A stretch of 63,909 nt of DNA, filler included, from Stramenopiles sp. TOSAG23-6 (GCA_900128565.1; 26 parts of 26 records of this genome joined end to end with filler, not necessarily neighbours in it); one strand, 5' to 3'; counted from the whole stretch's first letter, positions 10,957 to 21,789 are shown. The notes: a model not told the origin generated them from the sequence alone. Translations and numbers: made by a program.

Positions 10957-12224
10957 TTATTTATCTATATCTATTTCAATAATATTCCTGTTGGATAATT
11001 TTTCTACATTTGTACCTAAAACTTCTATACCTTCTTTTTTTGCATCTAAATCTACATAACCATCAAGAAAAGCAGCCGGGGCGGTACATAAACTGTAGGG
11101 AAATATATCAAATTGTTTTTTTATTAGGTTATAAAAGTTAGGGTTTTCTAGTAAAAAAAATCAAAATTTGAATTTTTATTAGGTTATAAAAGTTTTTCTA
11201 GGTAAAAAAAAATCGAAATTTGAATTTTTGAAAGATGAAAAATACCTGGTCCAAATTCGTTAGGCATACAATATAAAAAATAAAACGTACAAGAAGTTTC
11301 ACAGAGTCGTTTTGCGATACATCGAATGTAGTGTTGAGCGATTTTATCATACCATTGTATTGCTTTTTTTTCTATTTGGAGTAATTGGATACATATATCG
11401 TGAAAATGTGAAAAATGAAAAATAATATTAGGTATATCATTTTCTATGATTTTTTTTTTTTTTTAAATTTATCAAAGAGTAACGTACATGTATTTTGTAA
11501 AAATATTTCAAAAAAAAAAAAAATCTAAAAAAAATTGTTAGGTACAAAATTTACTATAAAAAATAAATTCGAAATTGAAAAAAAAAAAAACATACATTCA
11601 GATCTTAATTTGAAATCATTACAAGATGTTCCAATACCAATTTCTCCTAAACACGCAGAATAAAAAGATGGACATAAAAAATTATTATTATTATTATTTG
11701 TGAAATCAATGATGCCTTTATTTCCAGGAGGGTCATGAGGGTTAGGGTTATTTGTAGATAACAAAACAGGAGGGTTAGGGTTATTTGTAGATAACAAAAC
11801 AGATTCTTTGAATAACCCAGAATTTATGACACAGCCACCAGACATTAGTAAATATTGTAATAGTTTCTCTTCACGTTTACGGTGTTCTTTACCCGCAATT
11901 TCAGATTCTTGTTGAGCTTGAATTAGATCTCTGGCATATTGAGCATTTGCTCTTCGTTTCGCAAGCCAAGTATGTATTATGAAAATATATATATTTTAAA
12001 AATTGTTTGTTAGGTACAAAATTTACTACAAAAAAAAAAAAATTAAATTTTGAAAACCTACATGTGCATCTATAGGTTTCCCATCATTTTGTTCGAGACC
12101 CAGTAAAGATTCAGTAACTGTAAAACCTTGAGAGATTAGATATTTATAACTATCTGTTTCTCCCCATCGTTTCATCTGTTTATTTTTAATTGTTTCTTGA
12201 GAAATTTGTGAACTTGAACTGACT
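10957..12224 (-). CDS. UBA-like domain protein, 3' exons (12224-12062, 11971-11596, 11392-11291, 11087-10957)
   Basis: Spliced frame is open: LISQGFTVTESLLGLEQNDGKPIDAH|TWL (UBA-like) ... RSEC|IQLL ... ETSC|TAPAAF...K*. Confidence 0.7.
11088..11290 (-). mobile_element. Long, possibly composite GT-AT intron
   Basis: GTACGTTTT start, several CCTAA motifs, CTACAGTTTAT end; AT end gives the longer open last exon. Confidence 0.6.
11393..11487 (-). mobile_element. Degenerate Introner-like GT-AT intron directly abutting 11488-11595
   Basis: GTACGTT...TACCTAAT...CACGATATAT|GTATCC. Confidence 0.7.
11488..11595 (-). mobile_element. Introner-like GT-AT intron
   Basis: GAAT|GTATGTTTT...AAATTTTGTACCTAAC...GAAATATTTTTACAAAATACAT. 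Confidence 0.8.
11972..12061 (-). mobile_element. Introner-like GT-AT intron
   Basis: CAT|GTAGGTTTT...TTGTACCTAAC...CATAATACAT|ACT; removal restores DAH-TWL. Confidence 0.8.
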
Positions 12225-12378
12225 ACGTATTGTGAAAAAATATTTCAAAAAAAAATCGTTAGGTACGAAATTTCGTATNNNNNNNNNNNNNNNNNNNNNN
12301 NNNNNNNNNNNNNNNNNNNNNNTTAATTAATTAANNNNNNNNNNNNNNNNNNNNNNNNNNNNNNNNNNNNNNNNNNNN

Positions 12379-12818
12379 CAAAAAATACAAAAAATACAAA
12401 AAATACAAAAAATACAAAAAATACAAAAAATACTAAAAATGTTGTTGAAACTCAAACAGAAAATACAAAAAAGACAAAAAAGATTGTTGAAACTCTCACA
12501 GAAGAAGAATTACAAAGTGTTACAGATTTGCGGCTACAAAATATTGTTGATATGTTACTGGAGAAAGAAGAGGCTCTTATGGAAAATCATAAAAACTTCA
12601 TGCAAGAAAATTCTACTTTTCTAATAGAGGAGGACGCCCTTTTGGCAAAGGTTAATGGTCAAGATGTCGAAGACTACGCCATTGATGAATATGTAGTTCG
12701 CCTTGATGAAATTCTGCAACGTCGTATGAAAATGTGCAAATCACTTCATGAACAATTACGAGACTTCCGTGAATCATTGGCTCAAGAGGAAGAAATAAAC
12801 GCAGGAAGTTTACAGTGA
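12379..12818 (+). CDS. Kinesin-13-like C-terminal coiled coil, 5'-truncated
   Basis: EEALMENH...EEDALL...IDEYVVRLDEIL...LRDFRESLAQEE resembles the kinesin-13 tail; preceded by a CAAAAAATA 9-mer repeat. Confidence 0.65.
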
Positions 12819-12964
12819 TACACAATGCGTGTTTAAAATGTATTTGTTGAAATTAATAAATACACATAAGTCTTACGGATTAATATATCATACACAACTT
12901 GTTTTTAAAAATGTTTAATGTATGATGGAAAATTCTATACGAGTTCACGCAAGGTATTTTCAAC

Positions 12965-13495
12965 TTATTTGAGTTCCATCCCCATAAACTTCATTTTATG
13001 GAATTGGAACCACCATTTATTTTGAGTTCCGTCATCACTGTAAAGTAAATCGAGAGTACGCGTAAGAATCTCCTTTCGCAATTGCGTCAAATAATTGCGT
13101 AATTTTTCTGCGTCTGAAGATTTGTCTGGTTTACTGCAGAGACTATGCAAAGGGTGTGAATTATCACTTGGGAGTTTTGAATTATCATGCATAATTTTCT
13201 GAACCTGCTTTTTCGCGTCAGTCCTTGTAGAATATGGTTTTAACTTTTTAATAATCATTTGAATAAGTAGAGTGCACTCAATGAGTAGCAAATCAGCGGG
13301 GTTTTTGACTTCAAAACTCTGAAAAAGGACGTTCGCACGGAAGTAGAAAAGAGCTTCGTCAATTATGTCGCGTTCGTCGGATTTGGCCTGCCCAGCTGGA
13401 CCTTTAAACTTCGTCTTTATAGGAAGTAACGGAAACTTGGCTATTAAAGGGAAATTGTCCACCTTATCGTTAAAGTGACTGTGGTATACCGGCAT
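12965..13495 (-). CDS. ARPC3: Arp2/3 complex subunit 3 (p21-Arc)
   Basis: MPVYHS, LLPIKTKFKGPA, DIIDEALFYFRANVLF, YLTQLRKE, NKWWFQF.KMKFM. Confidence 0.95.
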   Translation of the reverse strand: MPVYHSHFNDKVDNFPLIAKFPLLPIKTKFKGPAGQAKSDERDIIDEALFYFRANVLFQSFEVKNPADLLLIECTLLIQMIIKKLKPYSTRTDAKKQVQKIMHDNSKLPSDNSHPLHSLCSKPDKSSDAEKLRNYLTQLRKEILTRTLDLLYSDDGTQNKWWFQFHKMKFMGMELK

Positions 13496-13778
13496 GCTTA
13501 ATTGCGAAACAAAGGGATTTTAGAAAATAATATCTCTCCAACCTAGTAAAACTACAGATACTTGACAACAGAGAGATAACAGTGTCAAACGCGAAGTTGA
13601 CTTGAAGCCAGAAAAAAAAAAAGTTAAAAAGAAAACACGAAATATTTTTTTAAATTATTTTGATGGCTGGTCAAGTCAAGTCAAGTGGAGTCAACTCAAC
13701 TCTCTCACGACTTCGGAATCGGAAGAAGAAGAAGAAAGAATTTACAGTTTTTTTATACCCAAAATTAGTTAAATAGTA

Positions 13779-14447
13779 ATGACATCTGGAGCCCAACTAT
13801 TAATGGCAGCCACTGGTGGTGCTTGCGTTGCTGGTGGAGTTGCATTACTCTTACATCAGAAAAAAATGTTATCTGGGAAAACTAAAGTAGCCAAAACTAC
13901 AAAGGTGATATCAAGAATCGCCGTTGGTACAACAAATAAGTGTAAAGTCGGCGCAGTTATTAAAACCATACAAGAATATCCTCATATAAGCAATGCAGAA
14001 GTCGTTGCATTCAAAGCACCATCTGGAGTTTCTGAGCAGCCAATGGGCATAGAAACTACTGCACAAGGTGCACGAAACCGGGCAGAAGCAGCTTGGAATT
14101 TGTCTAAAAATTGTGACGTTGCGTTAGGTATTGAATCCGGCCTCTTTAAGTTGGATGATGGTAGTTATTATGATGTCTGTGTATGCTCTTCATTTGATGG
14201 CAATCGTCACCATCTTGGTATGAGTTGTGCATTTGAAGTTCCTAGTGCAATAATGAAGTTTGTCCAAGAAGACGATATGGATTTATCACAAGCTTGTAAT
14301 GCTTCCGGGATTACGTCTGATCCCCGATTAGGAGAACATGGTGGTTTAATTGCTATTTTGACGAATGACCGAGTGACCAGAGGTAAATATACAAACCAAG
14401 CCATTAGAATGGCACTTATTCATACGGAGAAATCACAATGGATGTAA
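13779..14447 (+). CDS. Non-canonical purine NTPase (YjjX-like) with N-terminal hydrophobic extension
   Basis: VGTTNKCKVGAV, SGVSEQPMG.E.T..GARNRA, GIESG, GGLIAILT..RVTR. Confidence 0.88.
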   Translation: MTSGAQLLMAATGGACVAGGVALLLHQKKMLSGKTKVAKTTKVISRIAVGTTNKCKVGAVIKTIQEYPHISNAEVVAFKAPSGVSEQPMGIETTAQGARNRAEAAWNLSKNCDVALGIESGLFKLDDGSYYDVCVCSSFDGNRHHLGMSCAFEVPSAIMKFVQEDDMDLSQACNASGITSDPRLGEHGGLIAILTNDRVTRGKYTNQAIRMALIHTEKSQWM

Positions 14448-14645
14448 AAAAATATAAAAAAAGGAAATATCTTTTGCATTTATTTTAATTTCTTAACGTT
14501 CAAATTTTAGAGTTCATTATTTCCTATTGAATTATCAGCAGTACCTTCTACCACAACATTTTCATCAAAAAATAAATCAAATGGCAGCCACTCTTTCGTT
14601 GGTATAGACCTTGGTCCAACTCCACGTTTCAGAGCAATACGATTC

Positions 14646-14747
14646 ATGTATTTTGGAAAAATATTTCAAAAAAAAAATCTAAAAAAAATGTTAGGTACAA
14701 AATTTCGTATGAAAAAAAAATCGAATTTGAAAAAAAATAAAACATAC
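14646..14747 (-). mobile_element. Introner-like GT-AT intron (copy at 17115-17216)
   Basis: GTATGTTTTATTTTTTTTCAAATTCGA...TACGAAATTTTGTACCTAAC...TTCCAAAATACAT; followed by a short terminal exon. Confidence 0.8.
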
Positions 14748-15433
14748 NNNNNNNNNNNNNNNNNNNNNNNNNNNNNNNNNNNNNNNNNNNNTTAATTAAT
14801 TAANNNNNNNNNNNNNNNNNNNNNNNNNNNNNNNNNNNNNNNNNNNNCAAAAAATACAAAAAATACAAAAAATACAAAAAATACAAAAAATACAAAAAAT
14901 ACTAAAAATGTTGTTGAAACTCAAACAGAAAATACAAAAAAGACAAAAAAGATTGTTGAAACTCTCACAGAAGAAGAATTACAAAGTGTTACAGATTTGC
15001 GGCTACAAAATATTGTTGATATGTTACTGGAGAAAGAAGAGGCTCTTATGGAAAATCATAAAAACTTCATGCAAGAAAATTCTACTTTTCTAATAGAGGA
15101 GGACGCCCTTTTGGCAAAGGTTAATGGTCAAGATGTCGAAGACTACGCCATTGATGAATATGTAGTTCGCCTTGATGAAATTCTGCAACGTCGTATGAAA
15201 ATGTGCAAATCACTTCATGAACAATTACGAGACTTCCGTGAATCATTGGCTCAAGAGGAAGAAATAAACGCAGGAAGTTTACAGTGATACACAATGCGTG
15301 TTTAAAATGTATTTGTTGAAATTAATAAATACACATAAGTCTTACGGATTAATATATCATACACAACTTGTTTTTAAAAATGTTTAATGTATGATGGAAA
15401 ATTCTATACGAGTTCACGCAAGGTATTTTCAAC

Positions 15434-15964
15434 TTATTTGAGTTCCATCCCCATAAACTTCATTTTATGGAATTGGAACCACCATTTATTTTGAGTTCCG
15501 TCATCACTGTAAAGTAAATCGAGAGTACGCGTAAGAATCTCCTTTCGCAATTGCGTCAAATAATTGCGTAATTTTTCTGCGTCTGAAGATTTGTCTGGTT
15601 TACTGCAGAGACTATGCAAAGGGTGTGAATTATCACTTGGGAGTTTTGAATTATCATGCATAATTTTCTGAACCTGCTTTTTCGCGTCAGTCCTTGTAGA
15701 ATATGGTTTTAACTTTTTAATAATCATTTGAATAAGTAGAGTGCACTCAATGAGTAGCAAATCAGCGGGGTTTTTGACTTCAAAACTCTGAAAAAGGACG
15801 TTCGCACGGAAGTAGAAAAGAGCTTCGTCAATTATGTCGCGTTCGTCGGATTTGGCCTGCCCAGCTGGACCTTTAAACTTCGTCTTTATAGGAAGTAACG
15901 GAAACTTGGCTATTAAAGGGAAATTGTCCACCTTATCGTTAAAGTGACTGTGGTATACCGGCAT
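15434..15964 (-). CDS. ARPC3: ARPC3 (duplicate contig)
   Basis: Identical to 12965-13495. Confidence 0.9.
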   Translation of the reverse strand: MPVYHSHFNDKVDNFPLIAKFPLLPIKTKFKGPAGQAKSDERDIIDEALFYFRANVLFQSFEVKNPADLLLIECTLLIQMIIKKLKPYSTRTDAKKQVQKIMHDNSKLPSDNSHPLHSLCSKPDKSSDAEKLRNYLTQLRKEILTRTLDLLYSDDGTQNKWWFQFHKMKFMGMELK

Positions 15965-16247
15965 GCTTAATTGCGAAACAAAGGGATTTTAGAAAATAAT
16001 ATCTCTCCAACCTAGTAAAACTACAGATACTTGACAACAGAGAGATAACAGTGTCAAACGCGAAGTTGACTTGAAGCCAGAAAAAAAAAAAGTTAAAAAG
16101 AAAACACGAAATATTTTTTTAAATTATTTTGATGGCTGGTCAAGTCAAGTCAAGTGGAGTCAACTCAACTCTCTCACGACTTCGGAATCGGAAGAAGAAG
16201 AAGAAAGAATTTACAGTTTTTTTATACCCAAAATTAGTTAAATAGTA

Positions 16248-16916
16248 ATGACATCTGGAGCCCAACTATTAATGGCAGCCACTGGTGGTGCTTGCGTTGC
16301 TGGTGGAGTTGCATTACTCTTACATCAGAAAAAAATGTTATCTGGGAAAACTAAAGTAGCCAAAACTACAAAGGTGATATCAAGAATCGCCGTTGGTACA
16401 ACAAATAAGTGTAAAGTCGGCGCAGTTATTAAAACCATACAAGAATATCCTCATATAAGCAATGCAGAAGTCGTTGCATTCAAAGCACCATCTGGAGTTT
16501 CTGAGCAGCCAATGGGCATAGAAACTACTGCACAAGGTGCACGAAACCGGGCAGAAGCAGCTTGGAATTTGTCTAAAAATTGTGACGTTGCGTTAGGTAT
16601 TGAATCCGGCCTCTTTAAGTTGGATGATGGTAGTTATTATGATGTCTGTGTATGCTCTTCATTTGATGGCAATCGTCACCATCTTGGTATGAGTTGTGCA
16701 TTTGAAGTTCCTAGTGCAATAATGAAGTTTGTCCAAGAAGACGATATGGATTTATCACAAGCTTGTAATGCTTCCGGGATTACGTCTGATCCCCGATTAG
16801 GAGAACATGGTGGTTTAATTGCTATTTTGACGAATGACCGAGTGACCAGAGGTAAATATACAAACCAAGCCATTAGAATGGCACTTATTCATACGGAGAA
16901 ATCACAATGGATGTAA
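16248..16916 (+). CDS. YjjX-like NTPase (duplicate contig)
   Basis: Identical to 13779-14447. Confidence 0.85.
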   Translation: MTSGAQLLMAATGGACVAGGVALLLHQKKMLSGKTKVAKTTKVISRIAVGTTNKCKVGAVIKTIQEYPHISNAEVVAFKAPSGVSEQPMGIETTAQGARNRAEAAWNLSKNCDVALGIESGLFKLDDGSYYDVCVCSSFDGNRHHLGMSCAFEVPSAIMKFVQEDDMDLSQACNASGITSDPRLGEHGGLIAILTNDRVTRGKYTNQAIRMALIHTEKSQWM

Positions 16917-17316
16917 AAAAATATAAAAAAAGGAAATATCTTTTGCATTTATTTTAATTTCTTAACGTTCAAATTTTAGAGTTCATTATTTCCTATTGAA
17001 TTATCAGCAGTACCTTCTACCACAACATTTTCATCAAAAAATAAATCAAATGGCAGCCACTCTTTCGTTGGTATAGACCTTGGTCCAACTCCACGTTTCA
17101 GAGCAATACGATTCATGTATTTTGGAAAAATATTTCAAAAAAAAAATCTAAAAAAAATGTTAGGTACAAAATTTCGTATGAAAAAAAAATCGAATTTGAA
17201 AAAAAATAAAACATACNNNNNNNNNNNNNNNNNNNNNNNNNNNNNNNNNNNNNNNNNNNNTTAATTAATTAANNNNNNNNNNNNNNNNNNNNNNNNNNNN
17301 NNNNNNNNNNNNNNNN

Positions 17317-17528
17317 AGTAACGTGAGACCATTTTGTTGTTTGTTATATAGCTTGTTACAGATAGGATTAGGAATTGAACGACCTGCTATAACAAGTTGC
17401 AAATATTCTAGAGGTATGTGCAAAAGTTTATGTATAGCAAAATGAATAGTATCAAGAGTGTCAGTTGCAGTATTGACACACAAAACTGAAGTACTTGGTG
17501 ATAGAGCAGACCTCACAAAAATTTGCAT
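17317..17528 (-). CDS. Protein with N-terminal ubiquitin-like domain, truncated
   Basis: MQIFVR...IPLEYLQLVIAGR resembles ubiquitin MQIFVK...IPPDQQRLIFAGK. Confidence 0.55.
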
Positions 17529-17881
17529 TGTCTCAAAATTCTAGAAAACCTTGTAAAACCTTCAGTAGGTTTTGAGGAGTTGCTGTTGATTCAATGACAT
17601 TACTGGCTAATATTTACTAACTATACTATACTATACTAGACAGTACATGCAGGTATTTATCTATTTGTGAACGTCAACAGTATAGTCGATTAAATATTTA
17701 TGAAGAAGATGATGAAAATCAATATTGTTGACAAAGACTCTAGCGCTCATCCTACAATTTTGACAGTTTCACGCGGTCAAAAACGAGCCGTTACAGAATT
17801 GGCAAAGAATTGAAGACTTCCTAACCTCTGGGTATTTGTAGAAAAGTAGTTTACTGTTTACATCGTTCATCAAAAGTAACA

Positions 17882-19348
17882 ATGGGGAAAAAGAAAGGAA
17901 AGAAAGGAAAGAAAGGGAAGAAAGGGAAGGGGAAAAAGGGAAAGAAGGAAGCTGCAGTAGNTGATGATTTGTTGGAATACCCAGAGTTTAACGATCTCAA
18001 AATGGAAGAAGTTGAAAAACTCCTTCCAGACATAGAAGAGCAGCTATCAAACATACAGGTAAAAAGAAATTATATGCAACTTGAGCGTGATACGATTTCA
18101 CAGTTTTATGATATCACAAAGAATGAAGTAAAAGAAATAGAACTCGAAAACGACGAAAAGAACCGAGAAATGGAAATGATGGAGGAAAACCATAACGTAG
18201 AAGTGAGAGTTTACATTCAAAAGGTGAAACATTTGGAATTCGAGCACAAACAAAACCAAGATAAAGTGAAGGCGGATGGCTCTATTGCAAAGGCAGGCGA
18301 AAATGATCTTAGTCACATCAGAACACGGAATTTGCTGATGGAAAAAAATGTTCTAATGGAAAAAATATCCGAAAAGCATGCGCTTGATGCCGCAGAAATT
18401 TCCTCAGTAAAGGAAAAACAAACAATGAATCTTCAAAAACTAAGAGAAGGGTTTGAAGAGAATCTTGTAAATACTACAAAGCGATTTGAACAAAGATTAG
18501 AGGAGTTACAGGATGACTTGGCTTTACGACGAAAAGTTGAAATTCGTGAGATTGAAGAAAGAAAAAACCTCCACGTAAAAGATTTGATACAAAATCATGA
18601 ACGAGCGTTTTCGCAGATAAAAAACTACTACAATGATATTACAAGAGATAATATAAAGTTAATCAAATCGTTAAAAACGGAAGTTAAAAATATGAAGAAG
18701 AATGCTACGACAAATTCAAAAGAAGTCGAATTAATTTCCCAGGAAAATAAGAAACTTTTGGAACCTCTCGGTGTTGCTGTAGAGGAAGTTCAGAATTTGA
18801 AGCATAAATTAAGAGATCGCCAGAAAGATTTGTTAGCTCTTGCAAATTCAAAGGCTCGTGTATTAGCTTTGCGTAAAGAACTTCGAAAAGAGTCTGAGAA
18901 GCATACAAAAATGAATTCTAAATTTACGTCAGTTGAAACTGAACGAGATGAACTTCAAAACACTTTTGAAGAGTCTATTCGAACTGTTCAAAGACAAAAC
19001 GAGCTAAAGAATCTTGTTTTACGCAAAAAAACTACAGCTGCAGATAATGAGCTCTTGAATAGACAGGATCAATTGAATAAGGTACTAGATGCTGCCAGAC
19101 TTGATCCTGTAGTAGTGGATAATTTGGAAACTAAACTTAATGATATCATAAACTCTCGAAATGATAGTATAAAAAATCTTAGATTTGAGGTGCTCCGAGT
19201 TTCAAAATGTCATGATGATGCGATGAGAACCTTGGAGACTAAATTGTCTGAATTTGGAATACCACATGAAGAAGGTTTTGAAGATAATACAGCTTTTATT
19301 GGTTCCGCAACAACGGTACCAGCAGGTCTTGTTACAGCGCCTCAATGA
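17882..19348 (+). CDS. GAS8: Dynein regulatory complex subunit 4 (GAS8/trypanin)
   Basis: RNYMQLERD, EVRVYIQKVKHLEFEH, EIEERKNLH, HERAFSQIKNYYNDITRDNIKLIKSLK, LSEFGIP. Confidence 0.93.
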   Translation: MGKKKGKKGKKGKKGKGKKGKKEAAVXDDLLEYPEFNDLKMEEVEKLLPDIEEQLSNIQVKRNYMQLERDTISQFYDITKNEVKEIELENDEKNREMEMMEENHNVEVRVYIQKVKHLEFEHKQNQDKVKADGSIAKAGENDLSHIRTRNLLMEKNVLMEKISEKHALDAAEISSVKEKQTMNLQKLREGFEENLVNTTKRFEQRLEELQDDLALRRKVEIREIEERKNLHVKDLIQNHERAFSQIKNYYNDITRDNIKLIKSLKTEVKNMKKNATTNSKEVELISQENKKLLEPLGVAVEEVQNLKHKLRDRQKDLLALANSKARVLALRKELRKESEKHTKMNSKFTSVETERDELQNTFEESIRTVQRQNELKNLVLRKKTTAADNELLNRQDQLNKVLDAARLDPVVVDNLETKLNDIINSRNDSIKNLRFEVLRVSKCHDDAMRTLETKLSEFGIPHEEGFEDNTAFIGSATTVPAGLVTAPQ

Positions 19349-19631
19349 CCACAGAAAGAACGTTTTGAAGATAATACAGCTTTTATTGGCACCAACAGCT
19401 CTTGTCACAGCGCCTCAATGAAATTTTATAATACTAGATTGAATTATGCTTACAAAAACAACAATATTTATACAATTTTATTTGAAGAATCATTTCATAA
19501 TAAAATTTAATTTTAATTTCGAATTTTGTTTTTACTATGATTTTTCGTACCTAAACATTTCTTTTTTTTTAATATGTCTTCGTTTTCACAGCAACGACAG
19601 GAGCTTTACCATCTGCGTGGGACACGACCAT

Positions 19632-19685
19632 ATGTATTTTGGAAAAATATTTCAAAAAAAAATCGTTAGGTACAAAATTTCGTAC
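19632..19685 (-). mobile_element. Introner-like intron, 3' half (contig end)
   Basis: GTACGAAATTTTGTACCTAACG...TTCCAAAATACAT. Confidence 0.8.
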
Positions 19686-19785
19686 NNNNNNNNNNNNNNN
19701 NNNNNNNNNNNNNNNNNNNNNNNNNNNNNTTAATTAATTAANNNNNNNNNNNNNNNNNNNNNNNNNNNNNNNNNNNNNNNNNNNN

Positions 19786-20541
19786 AAAGAAGTAGAAACC
19801 GTACAAAAGCCAGAACCTACTATACAAAAGCCAGAACCAAATATGATAGATGAAACAAAGGTCGAGCCTGAACAAGCAACAGTTCCAGAGATTGCTATCG
19901 AACAAAAAATATTAGTTCGTCATGATACATTTGATGTATGGCATCCTGCGGTGATAACAGAGATTGATGGTTCAGATTTTGAATGTAGTTTGACAGAACC
20001 TGGATCTCACGCAGAGCTAGTCTGGATACGTGGGAAAAATTTTGGCATAGAATGGATGACTTATCCAAAGGCAACAAGTTCAATTCCAAAAGAAGTAGAA
20101 ACCGTACAAAAGCCAGAACCTACTATACAAAAGCCAGAACCAAATATGATAGATGAAACAAAGGTCGAGCCTGAACAAGCAACAGTTCCAGAGATTGCTA
20201 TCGAACAAAAAATATTAGTTCGTCATGATACATTTGATGTATGGCATCCTGCGGTGATAACAGAGATTGATGGTTCAGATTTTGAATGTAGTTTTACAGA
20301 ACCTGGATCAGATAAAAAACTATTCTGGGTTCATAAGAAAGATTATGAGTTAAAGTGGATTACATTTCCCAGTTCAACAAGTTCAATTCCAAAAGAATTA
20401 GGACAAAAGTCAGAACTAATAGATGAAACAAAGGTCGAGCCTGAACAAGCAACAAACCAAGAGGAAAGAAAATACGCGACACATCATCGTCGTTATCATC
20501 ATTCCCGTCATCATCATTCCCGTCATCACCATACAGTTTAA
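19786..20541 (+). CDS. Tandem-repeat protein (101-aa units, Tudor/Agenet-like W.PAVITEI core), His-rich tail, 5'-truncated
   Basis: 303-nt direct repeat in an open frame. Confidence 0.7.
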   Translation, partial: KEVETVQKPEPTIQKPEPNMIDETKVEPEQATVPEIAIEQKILVRHDTFDVWHPAVITEIDGSDFECSLTEPGSHAELVWIRGKNFGIEWMTYPKATSSIPKEVETVQKPEPTIQKPEPNMIDETKVEPEQATVPEIAIEQKILVRHDTFDVWHPAVITEIDGSDFECSFTEPGSDKKLFWVHKKDYELKWITFPSSTSSIPKELGQKSELIDETKVEPEQATNQEERKYATHHRRYHHSRHHHSRHHHTV

Positions 20542-20625
20542 ATAACGAGGAGAAAAATAATCTGAAAGTATGCCAACAATATTTGCCTTTACTTTTTTTA
20601 AACTAAAAATAAAAATTGTTTTATA

Positions 20626-21789
20626 TTATTTTGTGTAACACATCCACCACATCAGCAAAGGTTGTGATAAACCAAAACCAAAGAGGAAATATTGTTTGCT
20701 TTTTTTTGAGTGTAAGGAATTATAACTACCCATATTTCCAGCATAAGAATTATCACTCGTACCAAACATTGGCAGAGCTAATGTTTTAATATAAAAATAA
20801 CCAAGCGCACACGAGGTCCAGAGAAGGACTAAATAAAAAGCAAACGTACCAAAACATTCATGAGCCAAAGTGTTAAGACACAATCCAACGTATGCATAGC
20901 CTGTATATGCTATGAGGTCGACAATAGAGACGGAAGCTCTGTGCAAGTGGAAGCCTAGCCGTAGAATGATGCACTGTAACGCTTGTACCGCTAGAGAGAG
21001 CGACATAACTGCCCATAATATCTCTGGTGTAAAATTAACGCGCTTTGAGCTCTTTGAGCTTTTTCTTCCACTGTAAAACAAAGCTGAAATGTTAACTGAA
21101 GAAATAATAGCATATGTAACAAAAGACATCAGAGGTATATACAAATCTGGTGCATTTACATCTCGACGAGGAGGTTCCATTGTAGCATTTGCATCAGTAG
21201 GTTCCCCTGATCCATGCTGAACCTGCTCATAACTTTGCACTTTCTTGCGAGCCCAGCTTACTTGCTTTGGGAACAAAATCAACTTGAGCTTCATCAAGAC
21301 ATAGTTGTGATCTACGTCAAAATGATATTTCAAACGACTATGAAAGTCGGTTAAACCTGGAGTGTAGGAGGCCATTTTTTCTTTGACACCATTCTGGAGA
21401 TAATTAACACCTGCTTGTGCCATTGGATTCTCAAACATTTTAGATCCTCCAGGTATTGCAGCACCAATAAAGTCTGTTGCATTGTTTTGCGACCTATTAC
21501 TATTATTAGCAAAAGTTCCTCCGCGATAGTCCGAGTTCAAGGGACCTTGATTAACTGACGAATGAAATTGACGTGGTGCTGCAGCACTGGCAACATTAAA
21601 CGCATCAGCACGCTGGTTGTATTGGTTATGTCGTTGTCTAGCATGTACATTGGTTGTCCGCTGTGGACTCCCACCAGAATTTGTGGGCGTATAACTTGGA
21701 GGCTGTGGCATTGGGGAACGATGAACCTTTTTCCCTTTATTTGGGTACCATGCACCAGACTGATTAGAACTACCAGCATAAGGATCCAT
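20626..21789 (-). CDS. YIF1: YIF1 family ER-Golgi membrane protein
   Basis: LKYHFDVDHNYVLMKLKLILFP, PRRDVNAPDLYIPLMSFVTY, DLIAYTGY.YV. Confidence 0.92.
   Translation of the reverse strand: MDPYAGSSNQSGAWYPNKGKKVHRSPMPQPPSYTPTNSGGSPQRTTNVHARQRHNQYNQRADAFNVASAAAPRQFHSSVNQGPLNSDYRGGTFANNSNRSQNNATDFIGAAIPGGSKMFENPMAQAGVNYLQNGVKEKMASYTPGLTDFHSRLKYHFDVDHNYVLMKLKLILFPKQVSWARKKVQSYEQVQHGSGEPTDANATMEPPRRDVNAPDLYIPLMSFVTYAIISSVNISALFYSGRKSSKSSKRVNFTPEILWAVMSLSLAVQALQCIILRLGFHLHRASVSIVDLIAYTGYAYVGLCLNTLAHECFGTFAFYLVLLWTSCALGYFYIKTLALPMFGTSDNSYAGNMGSYNSLHSKKSKQYFLFGFGLSQPLLMWWMCYTK

Larger units (their letters stand above)
14848..17216. repeat. Duplicate of contig 12379-14747
   Basis: Same sequence and ORFs, offset 2469, separated by a linker. 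Confidence 0.97.

Noticed and set aside
19351-19420. Duplication of the last ~65 nt of GAS8
   Set aside because: Small local tandem duplication after the stop codon; no sign of function.
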